Notes: a model not told the origin generated them from the sequence alone. Positions 44,129-59,481 are shown, numbered from the stretch's first letter. The stretch is 64,000 bases of DNA from Tubiluchus corallicola (GCA_030141605.1 JAQGDQ010000014.1:1364001-1428000); one strand, 5' to 3'. Numbers and translations: made by a program.

Positions 44129-45270
44129 ATGTGTTTCAGTCAGGCATATTGTTTACCTCCTATAAACTTCTCTAGGCATGTTAATGCACACAATTTTTAT
44201 GAAACACTCCTGTCACAGGTGCATATGTACCAAAAGTTGGGCCCGTTTTTTATTATGGGCGACTTCAATAGCAGATGTGGTAACACGCCAGACTATACAG
44301 AAGGGGTGGATCCAGTGAGTGAGAGTCAGGTAATAGACCATACATGTAACGCGTATGGAGAATCCTTAACACACTTCCTTATTAGTGCAAACTGTTGCAT
44401 CTTAAACCGGAGAAACACTACTCACAACGACTACACCTGTGTCTCTACAAGAGGTTTACCTATGGTAGAGTTTGTACTACAGTTCCATATGAGTTTTTAC
44501 AGCTGCACAACAACTTTAGAGTCGAAGTAAAGACTTGTTCACATCTGCTGGTTGTCTCTCCGAGGTGAATGCAAGTAAAGAAATCTCTGATCATTCACTT
44601 TTAACTTGGATTTATGACTTCACGAAACACTATATTGACTCGGAAGGGACACGCACGGAAAACAATTGCCCACTTGACAAGTCAACTTTTACTTGGTATG
44701 ATTTTACTCATCTGCCAGACCATTTTTTGTCTAACGATGAATTTGATCGTATGCTGCCTGATTTTATACAACGTGTGGAAAACATGGTTGCGTCACAGAC
44801 AAATGTTGATGATATCTATCAATAATTAAGTAACTCGATAAGCAAGAAATGGACAAACATATCCAAAACCAGGAAATTATCATAAAATTTGGTCTATGTA
44901 AAAAACGGCGTTGTCTAAAAAACAATGGTGGAACGGTGAACAGACATCCTTATGTAACAAGTTATGTGAAGCAAAAAAAGACTGATGCAGAGTTTTCCCA
45001 GGTGTAAAGAAAAGACAGAAGAAAGCAGCGATGCTTGATGCGTAAAGTAAATTTGACAAAATGGTGCAGTCAGCTAAACGTTACAGGAAGAAATCCAAGA
45101 ACTGGAAACAAATGACCCAAGTGCTATCTATAATCGTGCATGCCGTTTTCATATGGGTGTTGAGAAGTACACAGCAAATGCAGGTTTGCGTGGTGACATG
45201 GGTTGGAAAACCATGTGGTTCCGTCAATGGGCTTGCATTACAAAACAGTGGTGTAGAATTTTTATGATGA
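44129..45270 (+). mobile_element. Second LINE endonuclease fragment (different family), internally deleted
   Basis: CLPP, IMGDFNSRCG, NAYGESLTHFL..CILN and SDHSLL motifs, followed by an RT C-terminal remnant (GDMGW). Confidence 0.8.
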
Positions 45271-46059
45271 GTGAGGATAGTGTTAAACGTATTTTTATGT
45301 AATCAAACTTGACGAATTCGATGATTGCAAAATTATGACTTTGAAACAGAACATCAAGATCATAAACATTTTCCAGTTTGTGCCTATAAATATTGTACAG
45401 ATTACAGCAATCGTGCGCTCGTGTGACTTCCTAGATGTATTTTACTTTATAGCAGTTGTGTGTATTTGAGTTCACGTCATGCTACAGAATGTTAAGTTTA
45501 CAACTTAGTCATAAATAGCAGTTTAATGAATAATTAATTTTACTAAAATATGTATAAAGGGGCTTTTGTATAAAGATTTTATTCGCTCCACTACTTATCC
45601 ACAGAAATCATCCATAATTTACTATCTTTTAATTATTTATTACTTACTTAATGCTTCAGTTATAGAACAGCAATTTGCGTACTAAAACAGGACACTCAAA
45701 CAAATTTAGACTCCATTTTTCATGTGTTATTGCTTCTGTCAGTTTGTATGAGTTAAACTGTAACAACAGCAACAACTGCATTTCATTTCATAGTTCAATA
45801 GCAAGCTTTGCATCTGACGTTATTTAACGAAAATCACACCAGTAATAGTTATATCATGCTCCTGTTTCGGCATTGCAATGTTGTGCCTTTTACAATGGTA
45901 TTTATTTGTGCACAAATGTTAAATGATGTGTCAGGTAAGTTTTACTTGCTAGTTTTTATTTTTACGGTGATTATACAGTTGCCTGATACAAAAAGTTTTA
46001 CATGATTCTGAAAAGATTTTGCTTTACATAACTTAAGAGCTTAAGTGCGTTTGCCAGGT

Positions 46060-46150
46060 AGATCATGAGAAGTACTGGACTAAGACAGCCCCCTTGAGGA
46101 CCCCGATATTCGTACTAAAAGTTCTTCCTAAGGTATTCCCAGCTTTTACC
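46060..46150 (-). mobile_element. Very short RTE-like RT fragment
   Basis: The minus strand reads TNIGVLKGAVLVQ / G-C-L-S-P-V-L, resembling a frameshifted GVPQGxCLSPVLF motif. Confidence 0.5.
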
Positions 46151-46691
46151 GTTACGTCAATTGTAGATATTGGACAGGCAGAATTCTAAAATAAAATAAA
46201 TCTGCTTTCAGGTAAACACAACCGAAATCCAGCAAAAAATAGACACTGCCAGTGACTTGTCCGCACCACTTCCGACACAAAACTAAACGAAGCTAAATAA
46301 CGTTGTTGTAATTTTTCTTATTTTACGGAAGACATTCTTCCATTTGTCTTGCAGTCTAAATGGAAGTTTTTTAATTATCTGTAACAGACTAGTTTGGGTG
46401 TTATTCTCTGATAAATGATCCATCGCTTTTAGTGTCTCGACGCACCCTATCAGCAAATCAGAGAATTCCTTGCGTTTGAAAATTCTTGATCATTTGGACG
46501 TATGATTTCAAAATAGTTAATTCTCGATAACCACAAAAATCTACAACAAAACAAACCCGTGTTTAGAAGTAGGGCTCACTTGCACTATACCTAGTCTCCT
46601 ATAATAGGTCAACAGGTAAAAAGAACAGGGACGCAGTGCCATCTATGGAGCGTCCCGAACATTGTTTGATACCCACTGACTCAATTCGTAC

Positions 46692-47100
<409 letters not shown>

Positions 47101-50100
47101 TAAAGAAGATCGTCAGAAATCTAGATTTTGTGTGCAACTTAACTTGCCAGAATTCGAAAGAGCCCAATTTTGAGAATAATTTAGCATTTTTGGCTGTGCA
47201 GGCCTTATACGGTAAAGTCGAACAAGCGTAGTGTTTTTGCTCCCTGTGTTTGTTGAGTGTGTCCTGCGTTAATTGTGCTTTGTATGCATGACTTATTTTA
47301 GTACGAATAAACGTAATGTATATATAATGTAGTCTAACCTAATTTTACCTAATGTAAAGAGATTGTGGGTTTGCCTTATTTTTGAACTATTTTTCAGCAG
47401 GAACCTGGTTTACAAAGAAAGCAATGGTTACCTACTGTAAAACAGACAGCAGCAACAAAATGATATTTATTGAAGGTAAGCATCTTCCATTTTGGGCTTC
47501 TGTGATTAATAGCTTATTACCTTCAAAAACAATGTTAAAATAATTAAGTTAAATTTTGATGGCAAGCAACACACGTCAATTTTTGATATTCAGATGCATT
47601 TGGTAAACATTTTTCTACTATTGGTAAAAACTTTATCAGTACACAGAAAATTGAAACAATACATACATGAACAGCTGAAATCGTATAACGGTACTAAGCG
47701 ATTGGCTAACAGGTCCATAAAAAGAATCTATATAAAAGCCTCTCACGTGAAGACGGTCACAGTATTAAAAATCATTAATGAATACGATATAACTTCATAT
47801 ATTGACGGTAAAACATTAAGTAAAAAGTGCAAGGAAAAAAGGCGAAAATTGGGGTGGATGATACAGGGATATGATAGATGAGACAATGAAGTGGATGATT
47901 AATGATACTCAGATATCGGTTTTGCAAGATAAGGGTGTACAGATTTATTAAGGTTGAAGAGTGTTTTATGGTGCACTAAATGCTCTTAGCTGAAAACCTA
48001 GTTAATTGATGCCACCAGTTTATGCATCACAATTACGAATGCATCTCGAAATGGAGGATTAGGAAAAAATTAGCTAAGTAAATAAATTTTTTTTTAAAAA
48101 ACATTTTTTATTCTGACGAAAAGCTAACATCCTGTTAACTATATAGTTGATAATGTAGCGAGCAATGTACGAATTATATTTTTCACGATGTAAATATTTA
48201 CATATTTTGAAATCTTTTGCTTAACATGATAGAATTTATAGATGCTAGTGTAATATCTCTGTTAAAGGACGATGACTGATTAGCGTCACAGTATAGTATA
48301 ATGTTAATGTTATCATTTACTGCAATTAGAAAGTGATTAATAGTGATGAACCGAGTATTGTGGAAACGGGGGCACATTCTAGAAAGAAGTGTTTAGGATC
48401 TTCAAATGGGGCTCCAAATAAACAGTTAGGAGAACGAGCAATATGATTTGAAAACATATGAACAGCTAGGAGACTGGTGTATAGCTTCATTCTCGCGAGA
48501 TGAATTTGTCCTAATCGACAACTAATGCAAAAATGAGAGGAGGGAGAGCAAATTCGGAATTGTTCAAAATGGTCAGTTTTACTTTGAAATTGTGCTAGGG
48601 TTGCTGCATTTTTAACATCTTTATGAAGGTCATGAAGAAAGGATTGTTATATAAGGTAATTCTGTAGTAAGAAGTAGAGAAGTGCTTAGAATTGCGCAAA
48701 GCATAGCTATCACTAACTTGGGAGACAGTTGGAGGTAATAGCTTGAGTAGAAAAGTAAGAGTTGTGATGAACAGGTCTTGTTCGTAGATTGCAAAACTTT
48801 ATTACATTACAGTTACTATTTATTGCAATATGTTGTTTTACTGTAATAATACTCAATCTGCATGATTGATTATGTTGAGCTTAATTATACAACATGTAAG
48901 CAATTTAAAGTGTAAAATGTAACAAAAGCACCCGTTTGTGTTGTAACTAATATAGTGTCATATTTGTCTGGCCCTATCCTATTGCTGTACGTAAAATTCC
49001 TGTTAAATTACCTATACTGTAGAGCTTTGTTTTTACCTGAATGTGATTCAAAACATTATGCTTAATTCTACCTTCTGATTGGTCGATTTGCAAAAGTTCA
49101 GAATTGCTTGGTGTGACGATGTAGTCTAAGTTCCGTTATTGTAAATATGTGGTTCGTGACTTAAGTGTAACCCTTAGGTAAAGAATAAAACACTTAGTCG
49201 AAAACACTGAGAAGAAACAACTGAATTAATAAAATAATACAACAATTTAATTAATATCCCAAAATACATTACAAGACAAATGTTAATAATAAAGATTAAG
49301 CCGGCTAAGAAGAGAAAGAACAACGTAATGTTTTTCACCAGTCCAGTCTTGGCATCATCAAGCGACTATTCTCCTGCTCCCATTCCGCGGCATCTCCTCA
49401 CCAGGGGCTTGATCGAGGAATGGTGCACCATAGAACGGTTGACTACACTACCTCTTCATGGATCTGATTACGTGAACGACGTCTCCAAACTTTGACGACT
49501 CCTGATGTACACGCCTCCACTAATACGACGCCAAAATGGGGTAGCATCCAAGCTCCTGCACTCGTCGCAAGGTAAGGATTACCAATTTTGTAATCACAGC
49601 ATCCCGCACCAACGACAGTATCATCAACGTCAGGTAAATACGAGTAAGTATCATCAGCAGCAGATATCATCGACAACTGGTAAGTGATGTATCATCAGCG
49701 TCAGGAAAATATAATCAGCAATAGGTAAGTATCATCGCTAGAATGCAACTATCGTCTCTGTCGTAACCAGGTAGACAGATCGCTTTTCTACAAGCAAGCA
49801 CTATTACTACTAACCCATCATTTTATGACATGTGAACGTCCGCTTAACTCGCCAACTTAAAGCGGAATACCTGGGCGAACTGAACAGCCAAAATTTCGTC
49901 TACGTGGCTTCAGTCACATGATATAGTAGTAATGCATAAACAGTATCATTGAATGTACAGGTGAAATCTGATTTCAGAACAAGTTGGCTTCTAGCCTTAT
50001 ATCATTAAACAGTTTAACTAAACTTCTTTTATAAAGATTGACAATAATTAATGGTGGAATTATAACAGTAGGAACTAGTTACATAACCTGGCCTAAAATA

Positions 50101-50849
50101 AGCCTGAGCGTCACACTTGGCTTCATTCAAGTACTCCAGGAAATTTGACTAGTCATTCTGGGTTTGGTCTGGTAAGATGGACGGACGTCTCCCCTTATTT
50201 TACCAATTACTGTAGTTGTTTACTTTTACATACCTTCAAGTATATACGCCTTAGAATTATGTGGTGATTGCTGCAACTTTCTAATAACCTGACTGATGTT
50301 GATGTTGTTGACCTGGTACTGATATGGTTTACCGAGTGATGTACATAGACTCTTGCAAAGCTGTAAATATTTGCTGCATTTCGACTTGTTCAAGTGATCG
50401 CCAAGAGAAAGCTAAGTGACCTGCTAGTCATACAGGCACAAAGATCCAGGCAACCTGCTCGTCATTCAAGTGGCCGAGGGACGTGGTGGTCGTTTCAGCG
50501 AGTTGGCTGGTTTAGATTGGTGTGGACATGGTAGGGAATTGGAAAGTCTCGCGTTGGTTGGCATAGGACACATCGTATGCCAGGTGGTTTGATGGATGGA
50601 TTAGGACATGGTGATGGTCCATGGTAGAGGCGCACACCGAGCTTATTCAAGTTGAGTATTAGACCGGTCTCTAATTCATTATTATGTAATTGAGCAGTAT
50701 CACTTGTTCTGTACAACACACTTATTATTATTATTAGCAAGTAAGATATCGTTTTTCTTTTTTTTCTTTTTTGGTTGTTGATTCTTTAAAATGCTTACAA
50801 AGATGAATTACTAGAAGCATTATGAAGACATTACACGCTTAGAAGTTAT

Positions 50850-51920
50850 CACATATCGAACTCATTTGCTTAGGCTAAACATTATTGAAGGGATACTTGA
50901 CAGGTGTGAACAATGCTTTATTTTTCTTTTGCTGAGATTTATACAGATTAATCCTGACATTTTCCAAATAACATTCACACCGTCATGGGGGTCTTGCCAT
51001 TGATAATTTTGTAGAATTGAACAAGTTTGTACCTTGTACACCTAACATGAAAAGGTAGGAGTCCCACTTTTGCGTAAAATCAACCATGAGAAGTTCCTCT
51101 GACATATCCTGTCATTATACGGAAGGCGTTCAGTTGAATTCCTTCTAGCTGGGAAGACTGTGTAGCTGTTCAATTATCCCATATACAACATGCATATTCT
51201 AAAATACGTCTTATGAAGCTGATATATAAGATCCTGAGAGCTTTCAAGCAGTAGCTAGTATTTAAAGCCTCAAATTAAGAGTCTTCCAGCAAGAAACAAC
51301 GCCTTTAATGACTACTCGTCATTAAGACAAGGAAGAAACCATTTGAGATATGCCGAAGTTTTCAAGCTTTGACGGAGACCTTTGTGCCAAACCTTACCAA
51401 ATGCTTTCGATACATCACTAAAATTACTCTGACATCCTTGGAATTATCTAGAGCTTCTACAATGAAATTACAAAGTAAAGAGCTGATTAGTATTTGAATG
51501 AAGCCAAACTGAAAGGAAGTTAGTATGTTGTCCAGGTTTAGGTAATTAAATAAGTGAATGTGAATTCATCTAACAAAGACTTTGGAGATAGAGGCATTAT
51601 TAGTATCCTTTTATTAGAGGCAGAATTAGTATCGTTGTTTTTCTTTCTTTGGGTATAGAATATGCAGGCTATGTCACACGGCCAAAAATCTGGATTTAAA
51701 GACAATTTTTAAATCTTTTTTGTATATTGTAACTTTATACGATTTAAATTTGGCACCAATGCGCGAGATTTTAGAAAAATATCTTACTTGAACATCTTGC
51801 AATGTTAGTATATCAACAACATCGGCAGTTTCTTTTATCACTCGAAAAATAAACAAGTCTTGTGTTCGCGTTTCTCCATGTATGTCACTGTTTTTGTTTG
51901 TTCTCATTATCACTTTGCAT
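50850..51920 (-). mobile_element. Decayed LINE: ORF1 C-terminal region and ORF2 3' remnant
   Basis: LFIFRV..FKSYKVTI..NPDFWP resembles the CR1/L2 ORF1 RRM-like region. YKLVQFYKIINGKTP resembles the post-RT region. Confidence 0.55.
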
Positions 51921-54900
51921 TTTTGCCTTTTCTTCTTGAATTTTCGGCCGATCCTTTAGAATTTGAAAGCCATCGAAATCAGCGTCACTTTGGCGATTCA
52001 TGCCTATCGAGTTCAAAACAGTGCAGTGTTTTTTTTCTGTAATGTGGGATTTTTATATATAACGTACCACTGTATATTGTTGAAACTGCTTTACTAAGCT
52101 TTTGGTATAATAGACGCAAGTCAATATTGTGATTAGTATAGTCACGTATTGGGTGGGGCGGTATTTGGGTGTTCCCCACCTTTTTTGCCTTGCTATATTG
52201 AATGTATTGTCATTTTAATAAATGACCTCATTTTATCAACTAATTTCATTCTTGGTGCTTTTGCAAAAAAAAACAGCCAGGTTCAGCCAATTTTACCATT
52301 AGGTCGGTTTTATGAACATTAGCTTACAAAAAATCCTTTACATCAACACTTTTTTGAATGTTGGCAACAGTATCGAACCAGGTCAGCCAAAAGAAATGAA
52401 CTACAAATACCGTTATACCGAACGCAAGCTGGTCAAAAACATATAAAACAAAAGGGCACTAAAGTACGGAAAACTCTGCAAAATGAATTAAGAAGTAGTA
52501 GCAATATTAATTTGTTATATATAAAGGTCATATATATTTGTGTTATATATTTGTTATATATAATAATATAAAGGTCGCCTTAAAGCTTTTTATCAAGAGA
52601 GTTATTTAAATGAATTGTTTGTGATTTTTAATTGCGTCTTCTTGAACTACATTTAAATTTTGACTTGTTTTCTTTCTTGTTCAGTGTTTTTGGTATTAGC
52701 CTGAATATTGTTTGTGAATTTTGTTTTTCAGTATATTTACTTTTAATATTATTGTTTTATTTGATTTGTATTAGCTATGTTCTATATGATATTTTTTCAC
52801 TTGCTTGTAATTTTAGCTTTCTTTTAGCTTTTGATTTTTTGGATTTTTATTGTAAATACTTTTATTATTGATTTAATTTGCCTTTGTTTCTGCTTTTTTA
52901 ACTGTGCATTATTATATTTTTTCAATTGCTTGTATTTTTATTTAACCCCTTTTTAACATGTCAAAACTTTTTGCTTTATTTGCTTATTTTAAGTTCTTTT
53001 GCGATTGCAATCTTAACTTTCTTTCTGATGTTTCTGCTTATTTCCTGTACGTTTCAAGTCACAATGTTTGCACGATTTTTGAGTATGTCTGCAAATTTTT
53101 ATGTTTGTGTTCTTACATGTATTTATTTTTCTTAATTTTAAATTTAAAACCACCAATCAGTAAACGAGCTTTGCTCAATCAAGTTTTCCTGAATAAATAT
53201 CTTTACTTATCGTATCTTATTTTTATTGTAAATTTGCCGCTGGAGAAATAATCGTTTTCATAATTAGAACTCAGTAGAAGTGAATACCCACGCTATGATA
53301 TCTCGGCAAAAATCTCTTTTGGTGGTTTTATCTTGTAAGTTTGTTTTACCGATTTTGATTACTTCGGAACTTTTAGATTTTGATCTTTGCCCTTTCGACA
53401 TTAAAATCAGTGGATTCTAGCTTTTTCCAGGACCTATCTTTGTGCAAAGGTTAGTAATTCAACAGGTAAATTCAACTCAAATGGAGCAGCCATGATTACT
53501 GTATTCTGCAACAAGCACAAGCTTAACAACATGTATACTTGCACTTACAATTTACACGCCCTGTGAATTTACAGGCCATTGAAATTGTGCTAGCCTTTGG
53601 CTTTAACAAGGCTTTGGGCAAAAATAAACTGGTTTCCTCCTTTATGCACAGGGATTACTTCGGGGATGATTTGTTGTCATAAGCTTGAACTTATAGCTAG
53701 GGGTGAAGTTATAGCTTGCCGCTCTTTAGCCTCACCTCTTACATTAACTGCACGTGCGTATGCCTATGTGCACGTGCTAAGTCCTGCGTGGACATGTATA
53801 TAAAAGGGTATGAAATATTGGTAGCTAAGTAGTCTTAACCGCTACCATGCAAAGAGTTGGTTAGGAAATGCATGTTTGTTCACTCAAATGAGTATATTGC
53901 ATAGTATTTAAAGTAAAAACTAACAAAGTTTTAAAACTATGAATACGCTAATAATATTGAGTCATAAACTATTATTACTCAAATTTTAATCTTAACTAGC
54001 TGCACTGTATGTTCCCCTATACCAATAACCTATGCCTAACACCTATAAAATAATAATACTGCCATTTAATGAGTAAAACTGTTAGTAACAACATGAAACG
54101 TCGGGCCTAGGACCAAATTAAGGACACAGCATGTAGTGTTTTTTCTATCCAGCTGAATTAACCATCATATTATCTATTTATTTATTTATTATTTATAACA
54201 TAGAGGAATGGTACATATTAGTAAAGGGATACAAACGCATAGCATCACAAAATTGTCAATAGTAGAAAACATTTATATATACATTAAATTGTCAAAATTA
54301 ATGTCAATAATCGCCAGGTTAATATTTAATAATAATTGAGACCATTTAAATCTTTTGAGTGAGATTTTTGTACGGAACGCCATTTACATATACCATTATC
54401 ATCATCGCAAAGATCGCTTTTATCTCAGTTTAGATGTGGCATTTTTACTCTAAAAATTGAGCCATGGACTTTGCTCCGCAAGAATGGATATGCGAAATGT
54501 GTAATGTGTAATTTAGGCAAAATAAAAAACGACACATTTTCTTCCCGATTGCTCTTTCTACAATACACAAAGAAGTGATTTATATCAAAAATGTCGTAAC
54601 ACTGCACAAAATTTCATGCAACTAATGAATGCTGAAGGATGTGCTTTTATTCTGAATGCTGATCTTTCAACTCGAAGCCTTGTTCGCTTTATACAAATTT
54701 GATGCCTCAATACTTAAAAAGAAGTTCATAAGTAATAATAGTCAGTTTGTGTAACATTTTCTAGAATTGTTAAGTAATCTTGTACCATCTGTAGAATAAT
54801 ATGATCCGTATGAATTTTGTTACGTGTACACTTGAAGGAAATTTTTTGGTCTTAGTACACAATGACTTGTAAGCCTAAATGACTGGGGTTATGTCTACAG

Positions 54901-55229
54901 TTTTGTCGTGCACAGAATTGTTAGTTTAGTTTAGTTTATTTTTTCCAGTGCCATAATTACAACATTGTTACATATTTTACAAAGAAGCTGTTACTACAAC
55001 AAATAAACAAAATTTAAATTCACCATATACTGATACCTCGAATGTTGGGCTTATCCATTAACTAGCCAGCGATTAGTGAAAGCTCTTTGACGACTTACGG
55101 GTTCACCCGAATAAATTATTTGCTTATTATTGGATAACTTCAAATAGATTTAATAAAGTTCTGCGTCATTTATTGGGCTGCGTATTACGTACCTCGATAT
55201 CACGTGGAGTAAAATATTACCTTATCTTT

Positions 55230-55254
55230 GGGCTTGCTTTGTTGCAGTAAGTAC

Positions 55255-55287
<33 letters not shown>

Positions 55288-55341
55288 AGGCCATCTGGCG
55301 CAAGTATGACACACAAATCTGTGAAGTGTTCCAAATTTTTT
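55230..55341 (+). pseudogene. U6: U6 snRNA copy, full length but diverged (probable pseudogene)
   Basis: ACTAAAATTGGAACGATACAGAGAAGATTAGCA is an exact U6 core and the copy ends GTGAAGTGTTCCAAATTTTTT. Substitutions and indels affect the 5' stem and the internal stem-loop. Confidence 0.9.
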
Positions 55342-57486
55342 ATTATGACATGTAGTATTTCTTATTTTTTAGTGGAAATTTTTAACTTTCATATGACATT
55401 TTCATGTGCTGAAATAAAATTTAAATAAATAAAAAAAATTTACAACATAAGCTATGCATTACCTTAAGAACAAAAACTGCTCAAAAGGTGAAAGAATGGA
55501 AGCACCTTCGCAGTTAAAAGACACAAAATCCAAATGCAAATGTTGTTTAGCCTTGCCAGTTCATATGAAAAGGCTAAATTATTTTGACACGTAAATTTTA
55601 TACCATGTGTCTATGAAAGGCCGCAGTAGTAGGAAAAAAAACAGTGGTCAAGGAAATGTGTTGATTCCATCGAGACGTGGTCGCATGCACTGTTCACTTT
55701 CAAAATTTCATATTTTAGCGTCCAGTTTCTAAATTTGTGACCGAATCTCTTAAAAGATGGTAACAAAAACAGTACGAATGACTTCTAGTCATTAATTGTT
55801 TTCCTTTTCATTCATATGTAAGTTTGATGGTGTCTCTTCATTGGACACTGCATTCTTATGCTTAATTATTGTATTTGGTTAAAAGTTGCGCAATTAAAAA
55901 TTAACATGTCTGCGTACTGTTATAGAAAGCAGTTGCCCAACTAGATGTTTGAGCCAGATTGCAACTTTTAATTTAATATGTCTGCACGCTCTCAAAGAAT
56001 TCAGTTATTTACAAATTTTACAACTGAAAATTGCATGTCGGGGCACAGCTTTATGCTAAGGATTAATAACAATTAGAGTCTTTTAAATGTATTACTTATA
56101 ATGCAAAAGCCAAACAAATGATTCGATCTCTCTTCTTGAATAACGCAAAAGTTCACAAGCAACGTAGGCCCTATTTGCTTACATATTGCAGGTCAGCCAG
56201 TAGTTACAGAAAATGTTGAACTTCTACGAAGGTTTTGTATGAAGTCGCAGCCTTCCAGCTAATACATCTTGTGCGATAAACTATTGTATGTATTTAAAAG
56301 GTATGTTTTATTTTCAATTGCATACATTGCCAGTAACAGGGTGTTTTCGTTTTCCTGTATAAAATTTTCCTATTATCAGAACACATTTTCGTCTTTACAA
56401 AGATGTCACAGCAGTTCATTTAGATAGCTTTTACCTCATTTCGGGCTAAAACTATACGTTTTGTAAGTAGCTACTTTGTCGGCATTGCAAACACACTTTC
56501 GGATTTCCCAAAATGCTTTTTTATCTTTCTCATGTACCATCAAGAGAACGCATTTAAATCATTAAGTTAATATTTGTGTCGACAACTACGGCCAAGCTTA
56601 GGTCGTCTAACAGAAAGCGGTCCAAGGCGCACCTATATCAGAAGCTACATAATAAACAATCGTGGTATCTTTCTTTATTACATTTACCATTTTTAGTTCT
56701 GCTCCAACAGAATTAGAATTTTCACACTGAACTTTAGTAGCGTTTTGTATATTTTATTTTTCTATTAGTAACTAATAAGCGGAAAATAGTGATACTCTCA
56801 TTATGAACGTTATACAGCATTTCTGTCATTTTTCTGCCTTGTACCTTATCAACGTGGCGCTGAAAACAGATAGCATTGTAATCTGCCGTAGTGGGAAGAC
56901 CGTTCGCAACACTGGTGTCAGAAGTAGGTTTAGAACTGAAATGGAAGTCTTGATTTCAAATCTGTATCGCACTAGACGGGTGCTGCCCTCTGAGGCCAGC
57001 AAGTAGTTGCCTGTCAGATGATTTCATGATAGGTGAGTATCTGGCTATGAACTGCTGCTGACAGTTGGCGTTAGCTTGTTGGATTTGGTCGCTTTTAAAT
57101 GTAGAACTTATGTTTTGTTGAGTAAACTGTTTCCTGCAGTCTGCAATTGCAACGGGTGTTGACGTCAGTTTTGTTGTTACAGTTGCGACTGTTCTAATGT
57201 TTGGGCAAGGATGTAAGTAATTTTACTTATACTAAAATTAATACTTTAATAATTTTTGCAATATTGATTATCTACTTGATTTAGCTGTACAATCAAACCT
57301 CTTTACACAGCCTACGTCGGAATTGCAATTACTACGTCAAAAAAGTTGTAGTTAAATTGTTTAAAAGGTGTTTAGCATTCTTGGCCATGAGTGAAACGTG
57401 TCATGCATGCTACATTCATTGCCCAAATAATGTTGCAGATAAGTGATATGTAGTTGAGAATTGACAAATAAACTCAGAAAAAATAA

Positions 57487-57725
57487 AAAGTTAAACAGCA
57501 AAACAAAGTAAGACCTAGCCAGAATCTTTCCCTGCGTTCCGCATGCTGATTATAATTACGAACAGGTGCTTTGAAGGTACACGCACCTGTCAGTCGAGAG
57601 ACCATTCCACGCCGGTTACTTATAGCAGCTATGCAAGGCCGATATGTTTAGTTTTGCACGGACGAGTACTGTCACCATGTAAAGGGGGTCGAAAATAAAT
57701 GCAATTTCGTCCCTTTAACAATGCC
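57487..57725. repeat. Unclassified interspersed repeat, copy B
   Basis: AAAGTTAAACAG..TAGCCAGAAT..CATGCT..ATTATAATTACG..GGTACACGCACCT is shared with copy C. Confidence 0.75.
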
Positions 57726-58742
57726 TTTCTCGGCAGAAAATAGTTCGTCCTCGAACCAAAGTAAAGTGCGCAGGAGAAAAACAGTTTTTTTATTGAACAT
57801 TGCAAATCGCTAACATTGCAAGTTAAGTACCAAATTTTCGATGAATAACGCCTAAAAAGTTTTTACTATGAAAATGTTCAAGAGAGCATAACGCTGCCGA
57901 AGTTTTAATTACAAGTTGTTTCAAAGTTAACTAAGAAAATTTTGCCTGCAAATTAGAGTAATTGAAAATTGAAATTTTTTTCTGTTAATGAAATTTAAAA
58001 AAGATTATATGACTGAAGTTGAATACAGTTAACGCTTGGAGAGCTGGCTCTGTCCGTGCCGATTTAGCAAACATGGTCCATCCTCAATATACGGTCCAGT
58101 GTAACGTAGAAAATGAAGGCGCCCGGATGGTGTCCATGGTAAGATTCAATTCGCTCACGTCCTACTCCAAGGATGCTCAAGCGGTTGTTCACATTGTCTA
58201 TTCCAATCCTACATCCCACCACTGGCCTACTTTCAAGATGGTTGTTAGTTGGGAAGCCTCGCGCAGAACCACTTCGTACTGCTCGTATCGTTCTTTAAGT
58301 CGCAATTTGACGGTCTGTTCCGCAATAACACTAGTCTGCAAGTACTGCTACTATCGAAAGCTGAACTTCGGACATCGTGGGCTGGCTACTTCATCCTCTT
58401 CACTCTGACACCATCCTTAGTGTTTCTTGAACCTGTTCTTGGTTTGACTATGTCTGCACAATGATATAGGTACTCATATCGAAACTTGTATCAACACAGT
58501 TAAAGTAGTAGTCCAGAAAAGTGCTACTAAACCTTTACAATATACACAGTTCCTGTGTACAGCAAACAAAAAATCAGAAACGTCTTAGCTTCTTGAGACT
58601 GAGGCCTCATAATCGATTCAAGAAGATAATGAACTGATAGCAATGTTGCGATTCCGGCCAGGAGGTCCAGTGCTTATATCTGGATCGTTCACATAATGCT
58701 GGAGATAAGAGTTGTACTTGAGAAATCAACTTAGGAAAGTAC

Positions 58743-58998
58743 AAAGTTAAACAGGACATTAAAGTAAAAAATAGCCAGAATTTTCTCCTGTGTTCCTCAT
58801 GCTAATTATAATTACGGAACTGGTGCTTAGATGGTACACGCACCTATCGGTCTGTTTATTGAAATTTACTGAACCGGCAAGCCTATTCCAAACCAGCTAT
58901 TTGAAACTGCTATGCAATGACTTCATACAAACAAGAACCATTACAGTGTAGTGGGAGATGTGAAGTAAAATGCGCTTCGCCACCGTAACACTATGCAT
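58743..58998. repeat. Unclassified interspersed repeat, copy C
   Basis: Collinear with copy B over ~250 bp. Confidence 0.75.
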
Positions 58999-59481
58999 CA
59001 TAACCCAGATTTCCCACAAGTCACACACGGGGGTGGTAAAGTTTTTGCAGTAGTAAGTAATTTCAGTATTTTAAGTACTCATGCAACATAGTAACAAATA
59101 CATCATAAAATTTTATTACAGTATATTATTACAGCACAAATTTTAAATAAATCGAAACCTAAAATGTGCTATAGTCGTTTTAAACAGTTTCAAAGAAAAC
59201 TCTTCAGCCGCATGTCTTTAATCCTTTCACTAAACTGCATCTAGCTTACAGTCCTAGACCTTATTATAGCACCAATATTAACAACACAAGGAAAGCACAA
59301 AATACTGTACAATAATAATAAGCTTAACAACTGCTATTGATATTTTACATAAGAACATTGGCACAACTTTTTACACAAATATTTATGTTTCTTCACACGA
59401 TTTCGCAAAAACTCGTTCGCACCAAATTGTTCATCTACTTTCTATACAGGAACACGAACAAAGAGCTGTTTCTGTTGCTCG

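Noticed and set aside
43454-45270. Divergently oriented endonuclease fragments as a twin-priming inversion of one LINE
   Set aside because: Both cover the same part of the domain but differ strongly in sequence, so they are independent insertions.
52560-53250. Hydrophobic Phe/Leu-rich ORFs as membrane proteins
   Set aside because: T-rich low-complexity sequence resembling a LINE 3' UTR.
58019-58464. 129-aa and 71-aa plus-strand ORFs
   Set aside because: No recognisable domain or splice structure; probably decayed mobile DNA.
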